From Polyangia bacterium (GTDB lineage Bacteria > Myxococcota_A > Polyangia > JAAYKL01), in NCBI GenBank assembly GCA_050304755.1, contig JBNLED010000067.1, positions 1 through 59,909 on the forward strand: a stretch of DNA of 59,909 nucleotides, written 5' to 3'. The translations under genes and the position numbers were made by a program. Shown here in pieces: positions 57,901 to 59,909 of the stretch (position 1 is the stretch's first letter; each line of letters begins with the position of its first letter). The notes below the pieces were generated by a model, which worked only from the letters and a program-made list of their open reading frames with translations, was not told the DNA's origin and made no database searches.

Positions 57901-58130
57901 CTCACTCTTCCTCGCCGATAGGCATACACCCGGGCTTGTCCATCCGTCGTGATTCCTTTTCAAAAAATCGGGCACCGGGGCATCATATCGGATTGAGCGG
58001 CCGGGACAAGATCCTTGTGTCGTCGGGGGGCTGGCGCCCGGTGCGACAGGGGATAATAATGAAGTAGTGTTCCGCTGTCGCGCATGGTATTGGGGGCCGA
58101 AACGGTTGTCTGATCCAAAAAAGGTGGACC

Positions 58131-58889
58131 ATGTTACTTCCGATACAAAACGAGAACGGGTTTGACTTGAGCTCCATAGCCGCCAATCTCGAAGGGCTCG
58201 AGGAGACCATCATCTTCATGCTCCTCAATCGAGCGCAATTCGCCAGAAACCAAGTCGTCTATGAGGCCGGCGCCAGCGGTTTCGAGGGGGGAGAGGGGAA
58301 GAGCCTTTTCGAGATCCGGCTCCGTCGGCACGAGGAGATGGATGCGGAGTTCGGTCGGTTCCATGTCCCTGAGGAGCGGCCGTTCATGAAGGGACTGCCC
58401 GACGCCAAACGAAGGGTGGACCTGCCGGATATGGGGCTCCACATTAAGGACTACGATGTCGTTAACGTCACGGAGAAAATCCTAGCCGCCTACCTGTCGC
58501 TCATCAGCGATATCTGTGAATCGGTGGATGACGGACAGTACGGATCCGCTGTGGAGCACGATGTGGCGGCCCTGCAGGCGATCGCCCGTCGGGTGCACTT
58601 CGGCGCGCTCTATGTCGCGGAGAGTAAATACCAGTCGGATCGCGAAATCTATCAGCGGCTGGTGCGAGACGGGGACGGGGAGAGGCTGATGCGGCGCCTG
58701 ACCCGGGCCGAGGTGGAGGAGCGGATTCTGGAGCGGATCGAAGATAAAGTGGATTCTATCCAGGCGCAGATCAATCCGCTCGTCCGAAGATGGATTCCCT
58801 CCCGCATTATCATGGGGTTTTATCGGCAGCACATTATACCGCTCACGAAAGAAGGCGAGATCCGCTATTTACTGAATCGCCGATTCTAG
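58131..58889 (+). CDS. Possible AroQ-class chorismate mutase of the long 'eukaryotic-type' form (weak call).
   Basis: It is about 250 aa and all-alpha. The N-terminal IIFMLLNRAQFARNQVVYE resembles the CM Arg-containing helix. The length fits the yeast/plant-type enzyme. Confidence 0.35.
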   Translation: MLLPIQNENGFDLSSIAANLEGLEETIIFMLLNRAQFARNQVVYEAGASGFEGGEGKSLFEIRLRRHEEMDAEFGRFHVPEERPFMKGLPDAKRRVDLPDMGLHIKDYDVVNVTEKILAAYLSLISDICESVDDGQYGSAVEHDVAALQAIARRVHFGALYVAESKYQSDREIYQRLVRDGDGERLMRRLTRAEVEERILERIEDKVDSIQAQINPLVRRWIPSRIIMGFYRQHIIPLTKEGEIRYLLNRRF

Positions 58890-59167
58890 ACCGCTTCGGG
58901 TTTAATACGATTGAACTGTCGCGAAGGCATCGCGTGCTGCTGCAAGGCGGACGACGCCCCTCCTTTTTCAGAGGAGGGGTTGTCAAGGTACTATAAACGG
59001 CGTTGATTTAGATGTTGGTTTAATAGTAAACGATACATAAGGATGCCAAGGTTCCATATGGTGAGCCCACCCGGGATTCCGGGTGTTATTATCTTCCCGA
59101 AAATACAAAGTAATTTATCGTGAAATCATCGCTAAACCATTAATCTCTTTTTTGGTACAAATACTGC

Positions 59168-59196
59168 TTGACTTTATTAAAAGGTATCTCTATATC
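59168..59196 (+). promoter_or_regulatory. Candidate sigma-70 promoter for the tRNA-tuf operon (TTGACT-N17-TATATC) with an AT-rich UP-like region.
   Basis: TTGACT is at 59168-59173, followed by a 17-nt spacer and TATATC at 59191-59196, about 120 bp upstream of the first tRNA. The region is AT-rich. Confidence 0.35.
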
Positions 59197-59319
59197 TACG
59201 CCTCGCTGCTCGCCGTACGAGTTGCGAGGTGGTGTATTTTACACTATTTTTTGTTTTGTTGTTTGAAAGTATGTATTTGGAGACTTGAGAGCGATGACTC
59301 TCGGTCCCGCATGAGCATT

Positions 59320-59392
59320 GCTGGCGTAGCTCAATCGGTAGAGCACCTGATTTGTAATCAGGCGGTTGCGGGTTCGAGTCCCATCGCCAGCT
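59320..59392 (+). tRNA. thrU: tRNA-Thr (anticodon TGT).
   Basis: The cloverleaf has acceptor GCTGGCG/CGCCAGC, D-stem GCTC/GAGC, and anticodon stem CCTGA/TCAGG with loop TTTGTAA. The T-loop is TTCGAGT, with one C-A mismatch in the T-stem. CCA is not encoded. Confidence 0.8.
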
Positions 59393-59423
59393 CTGGCACA
59401 TGTAGCCTTGAATTTTATATCTT

Positions 59424-59507
<84 letters not shown>

Positions 59508-59541
59508 CTGAGGACGGGTTTGTGTGCTGGTCAGAAGGTCA

Positions 59542-59614
59542 GCGGGAGTAGCTCAATTGGTAGAGCATCAGCCTTCCAAGCTGAGGGTCGCGGGTTCGAT
59601 TCCCGTCTCCCGCT
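59542..59614 (+). tRNA. glyT: tRNA-Gly (anticodon TCC).
   Basis: Acceptor GCGGGAG/CTCCCGC, anticodon stem TCAGC/GCTGA with loop CTTCCAA, and T-loop TTCGATT. Confidence 0.85.
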
Positions 59615-59670
59615 CTGTTGGGTTTTTCAGGTGCTTGAGCGCCCCGAGGAGTTTAACAGGAGTTTTCTAC

Positions 59671-59743
59671 GCCCACGTAGCTCAGGCGGTAGAGCACCTC
59701 CTTGGTAAGGAGGAGGTCACCAGTTCAAGTCTGGTCGTGGGCT
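59671..59743 (+). tRNA. thrT: tRNA-Thr (anticodon GGT).
   Basis: Acceptor GCCCACG/CGTGGGC, anticodon stem CCTCC/GGAGG with loop TTGGTAA, and T-stem ACCAG/CTGGT with loop TTCAAGT. Confidence 0.85.
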
Positions 59744-59785
59744 CTTTTAAGAGCCAAAGTTGGCATTAATAAAAGGAGCTTTGTC

Positions 59786-59909
59786 ATGGCAAAGGAAAAA
59801 TTTGTAAGGAACAAGCCCCACGTGAACATAGGGACGATTGGTCACATCGATCATGGAAAGACGACGCTGACGGCGGCGATCACGAAGACGCTGGCGAAGG
59901 CCGGCGGGG
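59786..59909 (+). CDS. tuf: Elongation factor Tu, N-terminal 41 codons (continues beyond the window).
   Basis: An AAAAGGAG SD precedes the ATG at 59786. The peptide [41 protein letters not shown] carries the EF-Tu G1 motif GHIDHGKTT. Confidence 0.9.
   Translation, partial: MAKEKFVRNKPHVNIGTIGHIDHGKTTLTAAITKTLAKAGG

Overview
The window is high-GC (about 65-70%) bacterial chromosomal DNA with about 45 protein-coding genes, a conserved tRNA-Thr/Tyr/Gly/Thr cluster followed by the start of tuf at the 3' end, and no CRISPR array. The lineage looks Myxococcota- or deltaproteobacteria-like, but that is inference from domain content only.

Recognisable core genes:
- recG, truncated at the 5' end by the window edge.
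- A four-subunit pyruvate:ferredoxin oxidoreductase operon (porGDAB) with an appended NuoG-N-terminus-like polyferredoxin.
- ruvA and ruvB, trmFO, trxA, a TetR regulator, a MiaB-family radical-SAM methylthiotransferase, and an enoyl-CoA hydratase.
- Three histidine-kinase or response-regulator genes, and an OmpA protein carrying thrombospondin-type-3 repeats.

The most interesting locus is a divergent membrane-maintenance cluster. On the minus strand it has a YbjN-like gene, PspA/IM30, an unknown gene, thioredoxin and a rhodanese. On the plus strand it has NfeD/YqiJ-like, a long flotillin, and a 1757-aa protein with one MoxR/AAA_5-type ATPase module. The two operons are separated by about 700 bp carrying two 22-bp tandem repeat arrays that are partly reverse-complementary to each other, plus a possible sigma-54 promoter.

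Other unusual content:
- A cytoplasmic protein made of eight tandem Cys4 'C-x(2,4)-G-C-x-N-x-W-x-W' repeats.
- At least five secreted or lipoproteins that begin with long (D-A/T/S)n acidic tracts encoded by 12-bp-period DNA microsatellites.
- Two membrane sulfatase-family proteins, one next to a vWA / Cys-repeat / formylglycine-generating-enzyme-domain protein.
- A decayed low-GC patch with a truncated P-loop ATPase and an IS110-transposase N-terminal fragment.
- A low-GC islet encoding a tiny mono-heme cytochrome c.

Many long antisense ORFs in the track are GC-frame artefacts and were rejected. Several minus-strand ORFs in the track begin with GTG or TTG displayed as M. Starts were adjusted only where an ATG with a Shine-Dalgarno or signal-peptide logic supported it.
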